The notes: a model not told the origin generated them from the sequence alone. A stretch of DNA of 64,000 bases from Clostridiales bacterium (GCA_018376135.1 JAHABX010000008.1:29793-93792), one strand, 5' to 3'. Shown: positions 38,018 through 48,299, counted from the stretch's first letter. A program made the numbers and translations.

Positions 38018-39748
38018 ATGGCAGTAGAAATGGTAATCGACACAGTCTGGGTATTTCTTGCAGCAATTCTGGTGTTTTTTATGAATCTGGGTTTTGCTTC
38101 TGTAGAAGCGGGTATGGCCAGATCAAAGAATACGGTAAACATTTTGTCAAAGAACTTTATTGTATTTGCAGTATCTTCTTTGGGATTTATATTACTGGGA
38201 TGGGGCCTGATGTTTGGCGGTGACAATCCGTTCATAGGAACACAGAACTTATTTATTCTCGGAACAGAGGACCATTCTTTTTATGATAATACATTGACTT
38301 CAAATGTACCGTTTTGGGGTAAATTCTTCTTCCAGCTGGTGTTCTGCGGAACGGCTGCAACGATTGTTTCCGGGGCTGTTGCGGAAAGAGTAAAGTATAT
38401 ATCGTTTATTCTTTTTTCCTTTGTACTTACCCTGTTCATTTACCCGATCGTAGGACACTGGGTATGGGGAGGAGGCTGGCTTGCGGATCTTGGATTTGTG
38501 GATTTTGCAGGAGATACCGTAGTACATTCCCTGGGTGGATGGTCAGCCCTGTCCGGAGCAATGATTTTAGGACCCCGTATCGGCAAGTATGGTAAGGACG
38601 GAAAGCCTCGTGCAATTCCGGGACATAATATGTCATTGGCAGTGATTGGTTTATTTGTACTGTGGCTTGGATGGTTCGGCTTTAACCCGGGTTCTACTAT
38701 GAGTTTTCAGAATCCGGCAGATGTGATGTACATTTTGATGACAACCAATACTTCTGCTGTCGCAGCAGTTATTACCTCAACGGCAGCTGCATGGATTTTC
38801 CTCGGGAAACCGGATTTGGGCATGACGATCAACGGATGTCTGGCAGGTCTGGTAGGTATTACCGGAAGCTGTGCATATGTTACGGTAGAAGCCTCTCTTA
38901 TTATAGGTGCTGCTGCAGGTGTTATTGTAGTATTTGCAGTTATGTTTTTTGACCGTATCAAAATCGATGATCCGGTTGGTGCAACAAGTGTACATCTGTG
39001 CTGTGGTGTTTTTGGTACGATTTGTGTCGGGTTGTTTGCAAAAGAAGGTGTTACAACACTTTCAGCAAGAAATGGTCTGTTCTACGGCGGAGGCTTTGAA
39101 CTTCTTGGAGTAGAGCTGATCGGTATTGCAGCTGTTGGTGCTTTTGCATTTATTACGTCTTCTCTTGTATGGCTTGCACTCAAGGCTACGGTTGGAATCA
39201 GAGTATCCGCAGAAGAAGAAATTGCAGGTTTGGATATTGGTGAACATGGAAACATGGCTTATCCTGATTTTGTAATCTCTATGGAGAAATATACAGAGGA
39301 TGCGGAAGCGGTTGTTGCTGATCAGATGGCGGAAGATATGATATCAGAGGCGGCTCCTGTGAAGAGCGAATCTGAAAGAGCAGAAAGTGCTCATAAGTTC
39401 AGCAAAGTACAGATTATCTGTAAGGAAGCCAGACTGGAAGCCTTAAAGAAATCTATGAATGAGCTTGGAATTACAGGTATGACGGTATCTCATGTGGTTG
39501 GCTGCGGAGTGCAGAAGGGTAAACCGGAATATTATCGCGGTGCACCTGTAGAGACCAATCTCCTTCCGAAGGTACAGGTTGATATGGTTGTAAGTAAGGT
39601 GCCTGTAAGGAAGGTGATCGAAACTGCCAAGAAGGTACTTTATACCGGACACATCGGAGACGGTAAGATATTCGTGTATGATGTGGAAAATGTCATAAAG
39701 GTGCGTACCGGTGAAGAGGGATATGACGCCCTGCAGGATGTGGAATAA
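38018..39748 (+). CDS. amt: ammonium transporter (Amt) fused to a C-terminal PII nitrogen-regulatory (GlnK/GlnB) domain
   Basis: Amt/MEP 11-TM core (FMNLGFASVEAG..., C-terminal EEEIAGLDIGEHGNMAYPDF). A ~45-aa acidic linker. A complete PII domain (GITGMTV, T-loop GVQKGKPEYYRGAP, GDGKIFV, KVRTGEEG). It is a single uninterrupted 576-aa frame. Confidence 0.85.
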   Translation: MAVEMVIDTVWVFLAAILVFFMNLGFASVEAGMARSKNTVNILSKNFIVFAVSSLGFILLGWGLMFGGDNPFIGTQNLFILGTEDHSFYDNTLTSNVPFWGKFFFQLVFCGTAATIVSGAVAERVKYISFILFSFVLTLFIYPIVGHWVWGGGWLADLGFVDFAGDTVVHSLGGWSALSGAMILGPRIGKYGKDGKPRAIPGHNMSLAVIGLFVLWLGWFGFNPGSTMSFQNPADVMYILMTTNTSAVAAVITSTAAAWIFLGKPDLGMTINGCLAGLVGITGSCAYVTVEASLIIGAAAGVIVVFAVMFFDRIKIDDPVGATSVHLCCGVFGTICVGLFAKEGVTTLSARNGLFYGGGFELLGVELIGIAAVGAFAFITSSLVWLALKATVGIRVSAEEEIAGLDIGEHGNMAYPDFVISMEKYTEDAEAVVADQMAEDMISEAAPVKSESERAESAHKFSKVQIICKEARLEALKKSMNELGITGMTVSHVVGCGVQKGKPEYYRGAPVETNLLPKVQVDMVVSKVPVRKVIETAKKVLYTGHIGDGKIFVYDVENVIKVRTGEEGYDALQDVE

Positions 39749-39799
39749 TGAAACGGGCATGTCTGCTGATGCAGACATCACCTCCGTGTATAATAACCC

Positions 39800-39836
39800 T
39801 GAGAGGATTTTTCAGTCCTCTTGGGGCTGTTTTTTT
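39800..39836 (+). terminator. rho-independent terminator after the amt-glnK fusion
   Basis: GAGGATTTTTCAGTCCTC followed by TTGGGGCTGTTTTTTT. A second hairpin lies at 39757-39780. Confidence 0.55.
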
Positions 39837-39899
39837 GCCGGTCATAGGACAATCTGCCCGGATAATAGATATATAAGGAAGAAATCCGGGGAGCAGGAC

Positions 39900-40172
39900 A
39901 TGACAGAGCTGACAAAGGAAATACTTGATGAAATGGCTGCGGTGGATATCCGGGATGTGGATATGAACAGGCTGACTGATTTCAGGGATATTGTGATCGA
40001 TACCAAAAAGCCTGTTCCGGAAAAGCTCCGGTCTTTTGCGGAGCAGTCGGGCAATGTCTATATACACCGGATGGGGGATTATATTGTCAAGGTACGTTTT
40101 CAGGAGAACGGTCCCGGTATTGATGACAAGATGGAGGAATATTTAAGACGGCTTGCAGAAATTCATATTTAG
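39900..40172 (+). CDS. small hypothetical protein at the element's left end (90 aa)
   Basis: M64 of the tracked ORF follows GGGGAGCAGG. Charged and soluble. It lies immediately upstream of the first recombinase. Confidence 0.4.
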   Translation: MTELTKEILDEMAAVDIRDVDMNRLTDFRDIVIDTKKPVPEKLRSFAEQSGNVYIHRMGDYIVKVRFQENGPGIDDKMEEYLRRLAEIHI

Positions 40173-40192
40173 AAAGGTCAGGAGTGATACAC

Positions 40193-41875
40193 ATGAAAGA
40201 TACACATTTTCTGGCTGCCATGTACCTCCGTCTTTCAAGGGATGACAAGGATATGGGGAATATGGCGGGCAGGGACGGTCCCATGAAAACCGAGAGCAGC
40301 AGCATCGGAAGTCAGAGAGAACTCATCAGAACCTTCATCAGGGAGCAGCCGGACATAGAGCTTTACGACATCTATGTGGATGACGGTTTTTCAGGGAGCA
40401 ATTTCGACAGACCAGAATTTAAGAGAATGATTAGTGACATTGAAGCAGGCAGGGTAAACTGCGTGATCGTAAAAGATCTGTCCCGCTTCGGACGCGATTA
40501 TATTGAAGCCGGGAGGTACCTTCAAAAAATCTTCCCGGACTTGGGTGTGCGTTTTATTGCACTTACGGACCACTATGACAGCATCCGTGCAGATACAGGA
40601 GAAAGCTCCATTGTTCTTCCTGTTAAAAATTTTATCAACGATTCCTATTGTCGGGATATTTCAACAAAGGTAAAGAGCCAGCTTGAGGTAAAACGAAAAA
40701 ACGGAGAGTGTATTGCTCCGTTTGCTGTGTACGGATACCGGAAAAGCGGGGCGGATCACAACAGGCTTGTCGTTGACGAATACGCAGCGGAAAATGTGCG
40801 GAAGATTTTTGCATGGAAGATAGAGGGCGTTGCAGTCTCGGAGATTGCAGATACCTTAAACCGTCTGGGAATTCTGTCGCCAAAGGAGTATAAAAAATCA
40901 CTGGGACTTCATTACAACGGAGGATTTTCCGGTACGGGGACAGCTCTCTGGAGCAGTGCCTCTGTCAGGAGAATTCTGACCAATGAAGTATATCTGGGAC
41001 ATCTGGTGCAGGGCAAAACGGAAAAGGTAAATTATAAGGTAAGGAAAAATACAGAGAAACCAAAAGAGGAATGGATAAAGGTTGAAAATACCCATGAACC
41101 GGTTGTACCGGAGGATGATTTCCTGATCGTACAGAATCTTTTGAAAGCAGACGGACGTAAAAGCCCGGAAACGGGAACTGTCAGTCCGTTTGCGGGACTT
41201 TTGTTCTGCGGGGATTGTGGGGAGCAGATGGTAAGGAGGAGAAACCGTTATAAGGATACGGTGAAGGTCTACTATATCTGTTCCACAAAAAACCGGGGAG
41301 ACGGCTGCAGCAGACACAGTATTGAGGAACAGACATTAAAGGGTATTGTGACGGAAAGTGTGAGGCATTATGTAAATACCTTCTTGGAAGAAAAACAGTT
41401 TTTTGAGAGATCCGTGCAGCTTAAAACAAATTTTAAGTCGGTATTTCTCTATGAGCAGGAAATCAAAAGGCTGAAAAAGGAACAGGAAAAATATGAAAAG
41501 CTCTGCTCCGGGCTGTATAAGGATCTGAGCAGAGGCATTATTTCCAATGAGGAATTTGAACGCCTGCACGGCGGCTTTTGGCAGAAGGCAGAGAAACTGG
41601 AAGAAGCACTGAAAAAGCAGAAGCAGTTTATTCAGGAAATGTGCAGAAAAGGAGTGCTTTCCGCCGGGCGGCTGAAGATATTTCAGGACTGTGCGGAGGT
41701 CAGAGACATAGACCGCCGTTCCCTGTGCAGTCTGGTAAAGAGGATAGAGATCTATGAAGACCGGCAGATAGAGATAGAATTTTACTTTTCAGACAGTTAC
41801 CGGGCAATGCAGGCTGGAAATCAGAGAATCAGGATGGACAGATCCAGACTGTGTGCAGTGGAGAGGAGTGCATAA
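40193..41875 (+). CDS. large serine recombinase (resolvase/invertase N-domain + recombinase + zinc-ribbon/coiled-coil)
   Basis: Catalytic-Ser region AAMYLRLSRDD, VIVKDLSRFGRDY. C-terminal Cys cluster (CGDCGEQ...C..C) and coiled coil. 560 aa. Confidence 0.85.
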   Translation: MKDTHFLAAMYLRLSRDDKDMGNMAGRDGPMKTESSSIGSQRELIRTFIREQPDIELYDIYVDDGFSGSNFDRPEFKRMISDIEAGRVNCVIVKDLSRFGRDYIEAGRYLQKIFPDLGVRFIALTDHYDSIRADTGESSIVLPVKNFINDSYCRDISTKVKSQLEVKRKNGECIAPFAVYGYRKSGADHNRLVVDEYAAENVRKIFAWKIEGVAVSEIADTLNRLGILSPKEYKKSLGLHYNGGFSGTGTALWSSASVRRILTNEVYLGHLVQGKTEKVNYKVRKNTEKPKEEWIKVENTHEPVVPEDDFLIVQNLLKADGRKSPETGTVSPFAGLLFCGDCGEQMVRRRNRYKDTVKVYYICSTKNRGDGCSRHSIEEQTLKGIVTESVRHYVNTFLEEKQFFERSVQLKTNFKSVFLYEQEIKRLKKEQEKYEKLCSGLYKDLSRGIISNEEFERLHGGFWQKAEKLEEALKKQKQFIQEMCRKGVLSAGRLKIFQDCAEVRDIDRRSLCSLVKRIEIYEDRQIEIEFYFSDSYRAMQAGNQRIRMDRSRLCAVERSA

Positions 41876-41876
41876 G

Positions 41877-42881
41877 GTGGCAAGAATATCCAAGCGGTTG
41901 GCGGCACAGAAGAATGTGCAGAAAACCGTGCAGAAGATACGGTACAAAGCAGGCATTTATGCGAGGCTTTCCTCCGATCAGGACACAGAAAAAAATGAAT
42001 CTGTGAATGTGCAGACTGCCATTGCAGAAAAATATGTGGAGGACTGGAACCGGAAACATACAGAACAGATCACGGTAGCGGACCGTTATATAGATTTGGG
42101 AAAGACCGGCAGCAATTTTAACCGTGACGAATTTCAGAGGCTGATGCAGGATATCCGGCTTGGAATCATCAACTGTGTCATAGTCAAGGATCTTTCCCGT
42201 TTTGGCAGGAATTATCTGGAGGTCGGGAATTATATAGAGAAAATTTTCCCGTTCTTAGGTGTGCGTTTCATAGCGGTAACGGACGGACTGGACACCGGAG
42301 ACAGAGGAGGCGGCACAGAGCAGCGGTCAGCCGCTATGGCAATGGAGATCAAAAATCTTGTCAATGATATGTATGCAAAGGACTTTTCCGTAAAAGCGAA
42401 GCAGAATCTGAAACAGAGGAGAGAGGCAGGCTCTTATGTGGGCGGACCGCCGCCGTATGGCTATCTTACAGGCCGGGAGGGAAAAATACGGGTACTGCTG
42501 CCCGATGAAAATACTGCAGAGCTGGTAAGGTATATGTTTGAGCGTTTTATTCAGTCAGAAAGCTTTGCCGCTGTTGCCGATGATCTGAACAGCAGGAAGA
42601 TCAATCCACCTGCTGTTTATAAGAAAACAGGCGAAGTATTCTGGAGCGCTGATATGGGATTGTACAGGGGATGGGATAAGGGTGCCGTAGAACGGATCAT
42701 AAAAAGCAGGACGTATACCGGAATGCTGGTTCAGGGAAAGACCTCCGTCACGGCGAGAGACGAAAGCAATCGTATCCATAATCCGGAAGAAGACTGGGTG
42801 ATAACAGAAAATGCACATGAGCCTCTTATTGGGATGGAAGTTTTCAGGCAGGCAGAGCAGATATACAGGAAGGAGCGGTAG
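41877..42881 (+). CDS. serine recombinase (shorter; lacks the long C-terminal extension)
   Basis: AGIYARLSSDQD, VIVKDLSRFGRNY. A GTG start follows GGAGAGGAG. 334 aa. Confidence 0.75.
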   Translation: MARISKRLAAQKNVQKTVQKIRYKAGIYARLSSDQDTEKNESVNVQTAIAEKYVEDWNRKHTEQITVADRYIDLGKTGSNFNRDEFQRLMQDIRLGIINCVIVKDLSRFGRNYLEVGNYIEKIFPFLGVRFIAVTDGLDTGDRGGGTEQRSAAMAMEIKNLVNDMYAKDFSVKAKQNLKQRREAGSYVGGPPPYGYLTGREGKIRVLLPDENTAELVRYMFERFIQSESFAAVADDLNSRKINPPAVYKKTGEVFWSADMGLYRGWDKGAVERIIKSRTYTGMLVQGKTSVTARDESNRIHNPEEDWVITENAHEPLIGMEVFRQAEQIYRKER

Positions 42882-42884
42882 GGC

Positions 42885-44456
42885 ATGGATAAGATTGCCA
42901 TATATCTCCGTCTTTCCTCAGAGGATTCGGAGGATAAGGATGAGAGCGGCAGTATCAGCAGCCAGCGTGATTTGATTATGGACTACATACAGCAGGATTC
43001 CGGGCTTTTGGCAATGGAGATTGCAGAGTTTTGTGATGACGGCTGTTCAGGAACCAGTATGGACAGACCGGGTATGGAGAAGCTTTTAAAGGAGGTGAAA
43101 GAAAACCGGATCAAGTGTGTGATCGTCAAGGATATGTCCCGCTTTTCCAGAGATTATATTGAACTTGGAACTTATATGAACCGGATATTCCCTTTTATGG
43201 GTATTCGTTTCATCGCCATTAATGACCATTATGACAGTAAAGAGCAAAAGGGCAGTACCATAGAGATTGATACTGCATTTCAGACCTTATTGTATGATCT
43301 GTACAGCAAGGATGTGTCTGTTAAGGTAAAAGCTGCTTTTGAAAATAAGTGTGTAAATGGGGAGTATGTATGCGGACAGGTTCCTTTTGGCTATGAGAAA
43401 AGCCGGGAGAAGAAAAATGCAGTAGTAGTCAGTGAAAAAGAAGCAGAGGTTGTCCGTTACATTTTTGCCCTTGCCCTTGAGGGAAACGGAAGTACGCAGA
43501 TAGCGAGGATCCTGAACGGAAAACAGATTCCAACCAGAATGCAGATGCGTTTCCCGGGGAGAGCAGAAAAGAGCGGGCGGATACCGGCGTGGAGCAGTAC
43601 TTCCGTCAGGGATATTCTGAATAACCGTTTTTATCTTGGGGAAATGGCATACGGCAAGAGCAGAAGGCGGCATGTGGGCAGCAAAAACGGCATTGCGATC
43701 CCAAAGGATCAGTGGAAGGTGATAGAGAATCATCACGAACCGCTGATCACGCCGGAGGTTTATAAAAAGGTGTGCAGCTTTGGCGCAGAGCGTTCCACGA
43801 AACGAAAGAGAGAAAAGAATGCGTTGGTGGGAAAGCTCTTCTGCGGCGGCTGCGGGTATTCCATGAGTTATAAGCCTCTTCGGGAAAAGAATAAGTACCG
43901 CAGGTTTGAATGCCGGAAACACGCTGTATTGCAGATATCCGGGTGCTGTACCTGTTTTTCTGCCGATCTGTTGGAGGAAATGGTGACTGCCATGCTGCAC
44001 ATAGAGCTGCTGCTGCGCGGCAGTGCCGTAAGGCAGAAGGAAGGTCTTGTATCCTTTCGGAAGTCCTGCATGAAGAGACTGGAAAGGAAAGCGGCAGACT
44101 GCCGGTACAGACAGAAACAGCTGCAGGCAGAAAAGGATGACCTGTATGAGCGCTATGCACTGGGTGAGGTAAGCCTGATCGCATACAAAGCACAGGCAGA
44201 CAGCCTGACAGAGCAGATTTCGCGCTTTTCGGCTGATGAGGATGGATTTCGGTCAGAGCTTGCGGCTGTTCAGGAGGAATACCGTAAAACAGAAGAAGAT
44301 ATGAAGCAGATCATACGATATGCCCATCTGGAGACACTGACGCAGGAGATGGTTGATACATTTGTCAAAAAGATTCATGTTTATAAGAACAGGAAAGTGG
44401 AAATTGAATGGAGCTTCAGCGATGACAGGGGGCAGAGTCCGGCTGATCTGACCTGA
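42885..44456 (+). CDS. large serine recombinase
   Basis: IAIYLRLSSEDSED, VIVKDMSRFSRDY. C-terminal Cys-rich zinc ribbon (CGGCGY...C..C) and coiled coil. RBS GGAAGGAG. Confidence 0.85.
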   Translation: MDKIAIYLRLSSEDSEDKDESGSISSQRDLIMDYIQQDSGLLAMEIAEFCDDGCSGTSMDRPGMEKLLKEVKENRIKCVIVKDMSRFSRDYIELGTYMNRIFPFMGIRFIAINDHYDSKEQKGSTIEIDTAFQTLLYDLYSKDVSVKVKAAFENKCVNGEYVCGQVPFGYEKSREKKNAVVVSEKEAEVVRYIFALALEGNGSTQIARILNGKQIPTRMQMRFPGRAEKSGRIPAWSSTSVRDILNNRFYLGEMAYGKSRRRHVGSKNGIAIPKDQWKVIENHHEPLITPEVYKKVCSFGAERSTKRKREKNALVGKLFCGGCGYSMSYKPLREKNKYRRFECRKHAVLQISGCCTCFSADLLEEMVTAMLHIELLLRGSAVRQKEGLVSFRKSCMKRLERKAADCRYRQKQLQAEKDDLYERYALGEVSLIAYKAQADSLTEQISRFSADEDGFRSELAAVQEEYRKTEEDMKQIIRYAHLETLTQEMVDTFVKKIHVYKNRKVEIEWSFSDDRGQSPADLT

Positions 44457-44660
44457 CACTAACTTGCCATAAGCGGGGTATGGTCTTTTGGATCTGTATG
44501 GCAGCTTTCAGGCAATGAGAGGATTTCCCGGTGCCCGATAAAGAATTCACATTTTTTTCAAACATTTTCTAAAGTTCATTTTAGGTTTCCTGTGTATGCT
44601 GTAAAAGCAGAGAGGGAGAGTCCCGTATCTGAAAAATGACAGAGAAGCCGGAGGAAAGAT

Positions 44661-46220
44661 GTGAAGAAAATAGTGAACAGGAAAATCATGCTGCCGATAG
44701 CGGCAGTTCTTACTCTGCTGACAGGCTGCCTTGCATTCTATGTGCACAGCCGCCAGCAGGCGAGAGCGGTTATGCAGGAAAATATGAATCAGGTGGAGAC
44801 TGTACAGGTTACGAAACAGAATCTGATCGATTCCATCAGTGTGACCGGAACGATCAAGAGTGCGGACGAGAGAGAGGTCCAGTCCATAGCGAAGGATGTG
44901 GAAGTGCTGGAGGTCCGCTATAAAGTGGGCGATTACGTCAACGAAGGAGATGTGGTCGTGGTGTTGGATTCCAGCGAACTGGAGCGCAGTCTGACGGAGG
45001 CGCAGAACAGCCAGGCGCTGAGCCAGTACAAGGAGAACAAGTCCATCGAGACAGCGACAGAGGATTATAATGAGGCGGTTGAGGACGGAACCGATGAGTA
45101 CCAGTCGGCACAGGAAAAGGCTGCCGATGCAAAGGAAGCATTACAGGAGGCGGAGGATGAGCTGGCCGGAGCGGCTTCCCGTCTGAAACGGCGTGAGGAA
45201 AGCCTGAATGAAGCAAACAGTGCCCAGGAGGCGGCTGCGGCGGTTCTGAACGGACTGGCGGAAACAGATGAAGGCTATAAGGATGCCAAAGACGCTTATG
45301 AGGCAGCAGCTATTGCCGCACAGGAAGCACAGAGTTCTTATACAGAAGCACATCAGGCATATAACACGGCTGCAGAAGCGGAAGAAAAGGCAGTGGAAAC
45401 CTATGAAAGTGCAGTAGACCAGCTGGAGACGGCAGAGAAGAACAATGACCGGAATATTTCCAGTGCAGAGGATAATCTGGAGCAGGTACAAAAAGAGCAT
45501 GAGTATTCCAACGACAGCGGAGAGCAGACCATCGAGAATTATCAGGATCAGATTGAAAGCTGTACGGTGACAGCTCCTGTTTCTGGTATTATCACAGCCA
45601 TGAATGTGGATGCGGGGGATACCTATATGGGAGAAGGCAATGTGCTGTTCAGTGTTGCGGATGAGAAAAACTTTATTGTGTCGGCAAGTGTGGATGAGTA
45701 CGATATCAGCAGCATTGACAAAGACATGGAGGCAGCAGTGATCGTGGAAGCCCTGGGTGATGAGGAGCTTCCGGCTACCGTATCCTTCGTGTCACCATCC
45801 GCTGATGAGTCCAATATGGGAAGCTCTTCTTATTCCATAGAGATTGCTCTGGATGATGAGAATACGGATCTGCGTATCGGCATGACTGCAAAAGCCAGCA
45901 TTATCCTGAACGCAGTCTATGACGTACTGACCGTACCCTATGACTGCGTGGAGACCGATGAGGACGGTAATTCTGTGCTCTATATAGACAAGGATGGGGA
46001 GAAGACTCCGGTCCAGGTAGAAGTAGGTATGGAGAGCGATTATTATGTGGAGGTATCAGGAGAAGGACTGGATGAAACTACCATGATCTATTATACGAAT
46101 CCTATGACCCAAAGCAATGGTACGTCAGGGAATGATGAAAGCACTATGACGGTGACAATGCCTGGTATGATGGGCGGAGGAGCTCCCTCCGGCGGCGGAC
46201 GTCCCGGCGGTGGATTCTAG
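44661..46220 (+). CDS. HlyD/MacA-family membrane-fusion (periplasmic adaptor) protein
   Basis: GTG start after GGAGGAAAG. N-terminal TM. A very long Ala/Glu-rich coiled coil. A beta-barrel/lipoyl-like C-terminal region. Gly-rich tail. Confidence 0.7.
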   Translation: MKKIVNRKIMLPIAAVLTLLTGCLAFYVHSRQQARAVMQENMNQVETVQVTKQNLIDSISVTGTIKSADEREVQSIAKDVEVLEVRYKVGDYVNEGDVVVVLDSSELERSLTEAQNSQALSQYKENKSIETATEDYNEAVEDGTDEYQSAQEKAADAKEALQEAEDELAGAASRLKRREESLNEANSAQEAAAAVLNGLAETDEGYKDAKDAYEAAAIAAQEAQSSYTEAHQAYNTAAEAEEKAVETYESAVDQLETAEKNNDRNISSAEDNLEQVQKEHEYSNDSGEQTIENYQDQIESCTVTAPVSGIITAMNVDAGDTYMGEGNVLFSVADEKNFIVSASVDEYDISSIDKDMEAAVIVEALGDEELPATVSFVSPSADESNMGSSSYSIEIALDDENTDLRIGMTAKASIILNAVYDVLTVPYDCVETDEDGNSVLYIDKDGEKTPVQVEVGMESDYYVEVSGEGLDETTMIYYTNPMTQSNGTSGNDESTMTVTMPGMMGGGAPSGGGRPGGGF

Positions 46221-46229
46221 GAGGCGTAT

Positions 46230-46943
46230 ATGAAGACAGAAACAGGTAAAACGATCATTGACCTTAACGGGATTATAAAACGCTTCTATATTGGAGAACC
46301 CAATGAGCTGGAGATTCTGCATGGGATCGATCTTCGGGTGCAGGAAGGGGAATTTGTCTCCATTGTAGGAGAATCCGGTTCGGGAAAGACAACCATGATG
46401 AATATCATCGGAATTCTGGACCGTCCCACTGAAGGAGGATATATTCTTGACGGTGTGGATGTGGCCAGGGCAAAGGATAAGGAGCTGTCACAGATCCGAA
46501 ATCAGAAGATCGGCTTTGTATTTCAGACCTACAATCTGATCAGCCGCACCAGTGCGCTGAAAAATGTGGAGCTTCCCATGCTCTACAGTGGAATTGGAAA
46601 AAGAGAACGACAGGAAAGAGCCAGAGAGCTTCTGGAAATGGTAGGGATGGGAGGACGCATCAGCCACAATCCGGATGAGCTGTCGGGAGGTCAGAAGCAG
46701 AGGGTGGCAATTGCACGTGCCATGGCAAATGACCCCTCCATCATTCTCGCGGATGAACCTACCGGAGCGCTGGACTCCAAAACCGGGCGGAAGATCATGG
46801 ATATCTTTCACAGACTGAATCATGAGCAGGGAAAGACGATCGTACTGATCACTCACTCCCAGGAGCTTGCGGAGGAGACGGAGCGGATCGTGACACTGAA
46901 GGATGGTCAGATCATCGGAGAAAGGAGCGGAAGCGGATGCTGA
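46230..46943 (+). CDS. ABC transporter ATP-binding protein (MacB/LolD-like)
   Basis: Walker A (GESGSGKTT), ABC signature (LSGGQKQR), Walker B (ILADEPTGALD). Confidence 0.9.
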   Translation: MKTETGKTIIDLNGIIKRFYIGEPNELEILHGIDLRVQEGEFVSIVGESGSGKTTMMNIIGILDRPTEGGYILDGVDVARAKDKELSQIRNQKIGFVFQTYNLISRTSALKNVELPMLYSGIGKRERQERARELLEMVGMGGRISHNPDELSGGQKQRVAIARAMANDPSIILADEPTGALDSKTGRKIMDIFHRLNHEQGKTIVLITHSQELAEETERIVTLKDGQIIGERSGSGC

Positions 46944-48229
46944 TTATGGAAAATATTCTGCTGGCGCTGAACGGGCTGCGTGCCAATAAGATGCGTTCCC
47001 TTTTGACCATGCTTGGAATCATCATCGGCATTGCGTCTGTGATCGCCATAATGACCCTGGGAGATTCGATCAGCAGCTCAGTGACTACGACGATGTCTTC
47101 CATGGGAGCCAATAATGTGACGGTCGGTCTTCAGCAGAAAAGCACCACAGAGGAGACGACGCAGAGCGGCATGACCTTCTCCATGGGTCCCCGTATGACC
47201 CAGATGTCAGAAGAGGATTATGTGACGGAGGACATGATCGCGGATCTTGGAGAGCGCTATGAGGACCGTATTCTTGGTTTTTCTCTTGCGGAAAGCATCG
47301 GAAGCGGAACTGCCCAGAAGGGGGATCTGTATGCCTATGTGAATGCAGTGGGCGGGAATACAGACAATATTGAGAATGAAGAGCTTACGATCCTTGCGGG
47401 AAGGACGTTCAGTGACCGGGATCAGAGTGAGGGCAGGAAGGTAGTTCTGGTATCTGATCTTCTGGTTGATAATATGTTTGAAGGAGACAACATGCAGGCG
47501 ATAGGCCAGACCATAGATGTGTTGTTTTCGGACCGGTATTATACGTATACCATTGTAGGTGTTTACGAATATGAAGAGTCTGCAGGTTCGTTTTCCAGCA
47601 GTTCTTCTGAGGATACAGAGACGACTCTTTATATGCCGCTTCTGGCAGCCCGGAATCAGACCCATAATACTTCCGGATACAGTCAGTTCACGATCCTGAG
47701 CGCAAGTGGTGTGGATGCAGAGGAGTTCTGTACAGAAATAGAGAACTATATGAACGCCCGTTATTACGGGAATAATGAAAGCTTTGAGATCGGAGCCATG
47801 AGTATGTCCTCCGTAATTGAAAGCATGACGGAAATGCTGTCCACCATATCGCTGGCGATTGCGGCAATTGCAGCCATATCTCTTCTGGTAGGCGGAATTG
47901 GCGTCATGAATATTATGCTGGTATCCATTACGGAACGGACCAGAGAGATCGGTACGAGAAAGGCACTGGGAGCTACCAACGGTTCCATCCGGCTGCAGTT
48001 CATTATGGAAGCGATCGTACTGTGCGTACTGGGCGGTGTGATCGGAATCCTGCTGGGCATCGGCATAGCGGCGGTGGCAACGGATATGATGGGATATTCT
48101 GTCAGCCCGTCGGTTACCGGAATCGTGCTCTCTGTCAGCTTTTCTGTTTTCATCGGAGTGTTCTTCGGATATTACCCGGCAAACAAAGCGGCAAAGCTGA
48201 ATCCTATAGAGGCGCTCCGGTATGAATAA
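46937..48229 (+). CDS. ABC transporter permease, FtsX/MacB-like (4 TM plus a large extracytoplasmic domain)
   Basis: N-terminal TM, ~250-aa external domain, three C-terminal TM segments with an FtsX-like motif. Overlaps the ATPase gene by 7 nt. Confidence 0.85.
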   Translation: MLIMENILLALNGLRANKMRSLLTMLGIIIGIASVIAIMTLGDSISSSVTTTMSSMGANNVTVGLQQKSTTEETTQSGMTFSMGPRMTQMSEEDYVTEDMIADLGERYEDRILGFSLAESIGSGTAQKGDLYAYVNAVGGNTDNIENEELTILAGRTFSDRDQSEGRKVVLVSDLLVDNMFEGDNMQAIGQTIDVLFSDRYYTYTIVGVYEYEESAGSFSSSSSEDTETTLYMPLLAARNQTHNTSGYSQFTILSASGVDAEEFCTEIENYMNARYYGNNESFEIGAMSMSSVIESMTEMLSTISLAIAAIAAISLLVGGIGVMNIMLVSITERTREIGTRKALGATNGSIRLQFIMEAIVLCVLGGVIGILLGIGIAAVATDMMGYSVSPSVTGIVLSVSFSVFIGVFFGYYPANKAAKLNPIEALRYE

Positions 48230-48299
48230 AAAATAGAGATACCATACGGGATGAAAATCTGTTAATATAGAGAACAGAAAAGGACAGGAGGAAGCAGGT

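Noticed and set aside
39757-39900. Searched for direct repeats or att-like repeats at the element ends (39.8 kb versus 50.25 kb).
   Set aside because: No convincing direct or inverted repeats are visible by eye. Serine-recombinase att sites need only a 2-bp crossover, so the lack of repeats does not argue against mobility, but the ends remain approximate.
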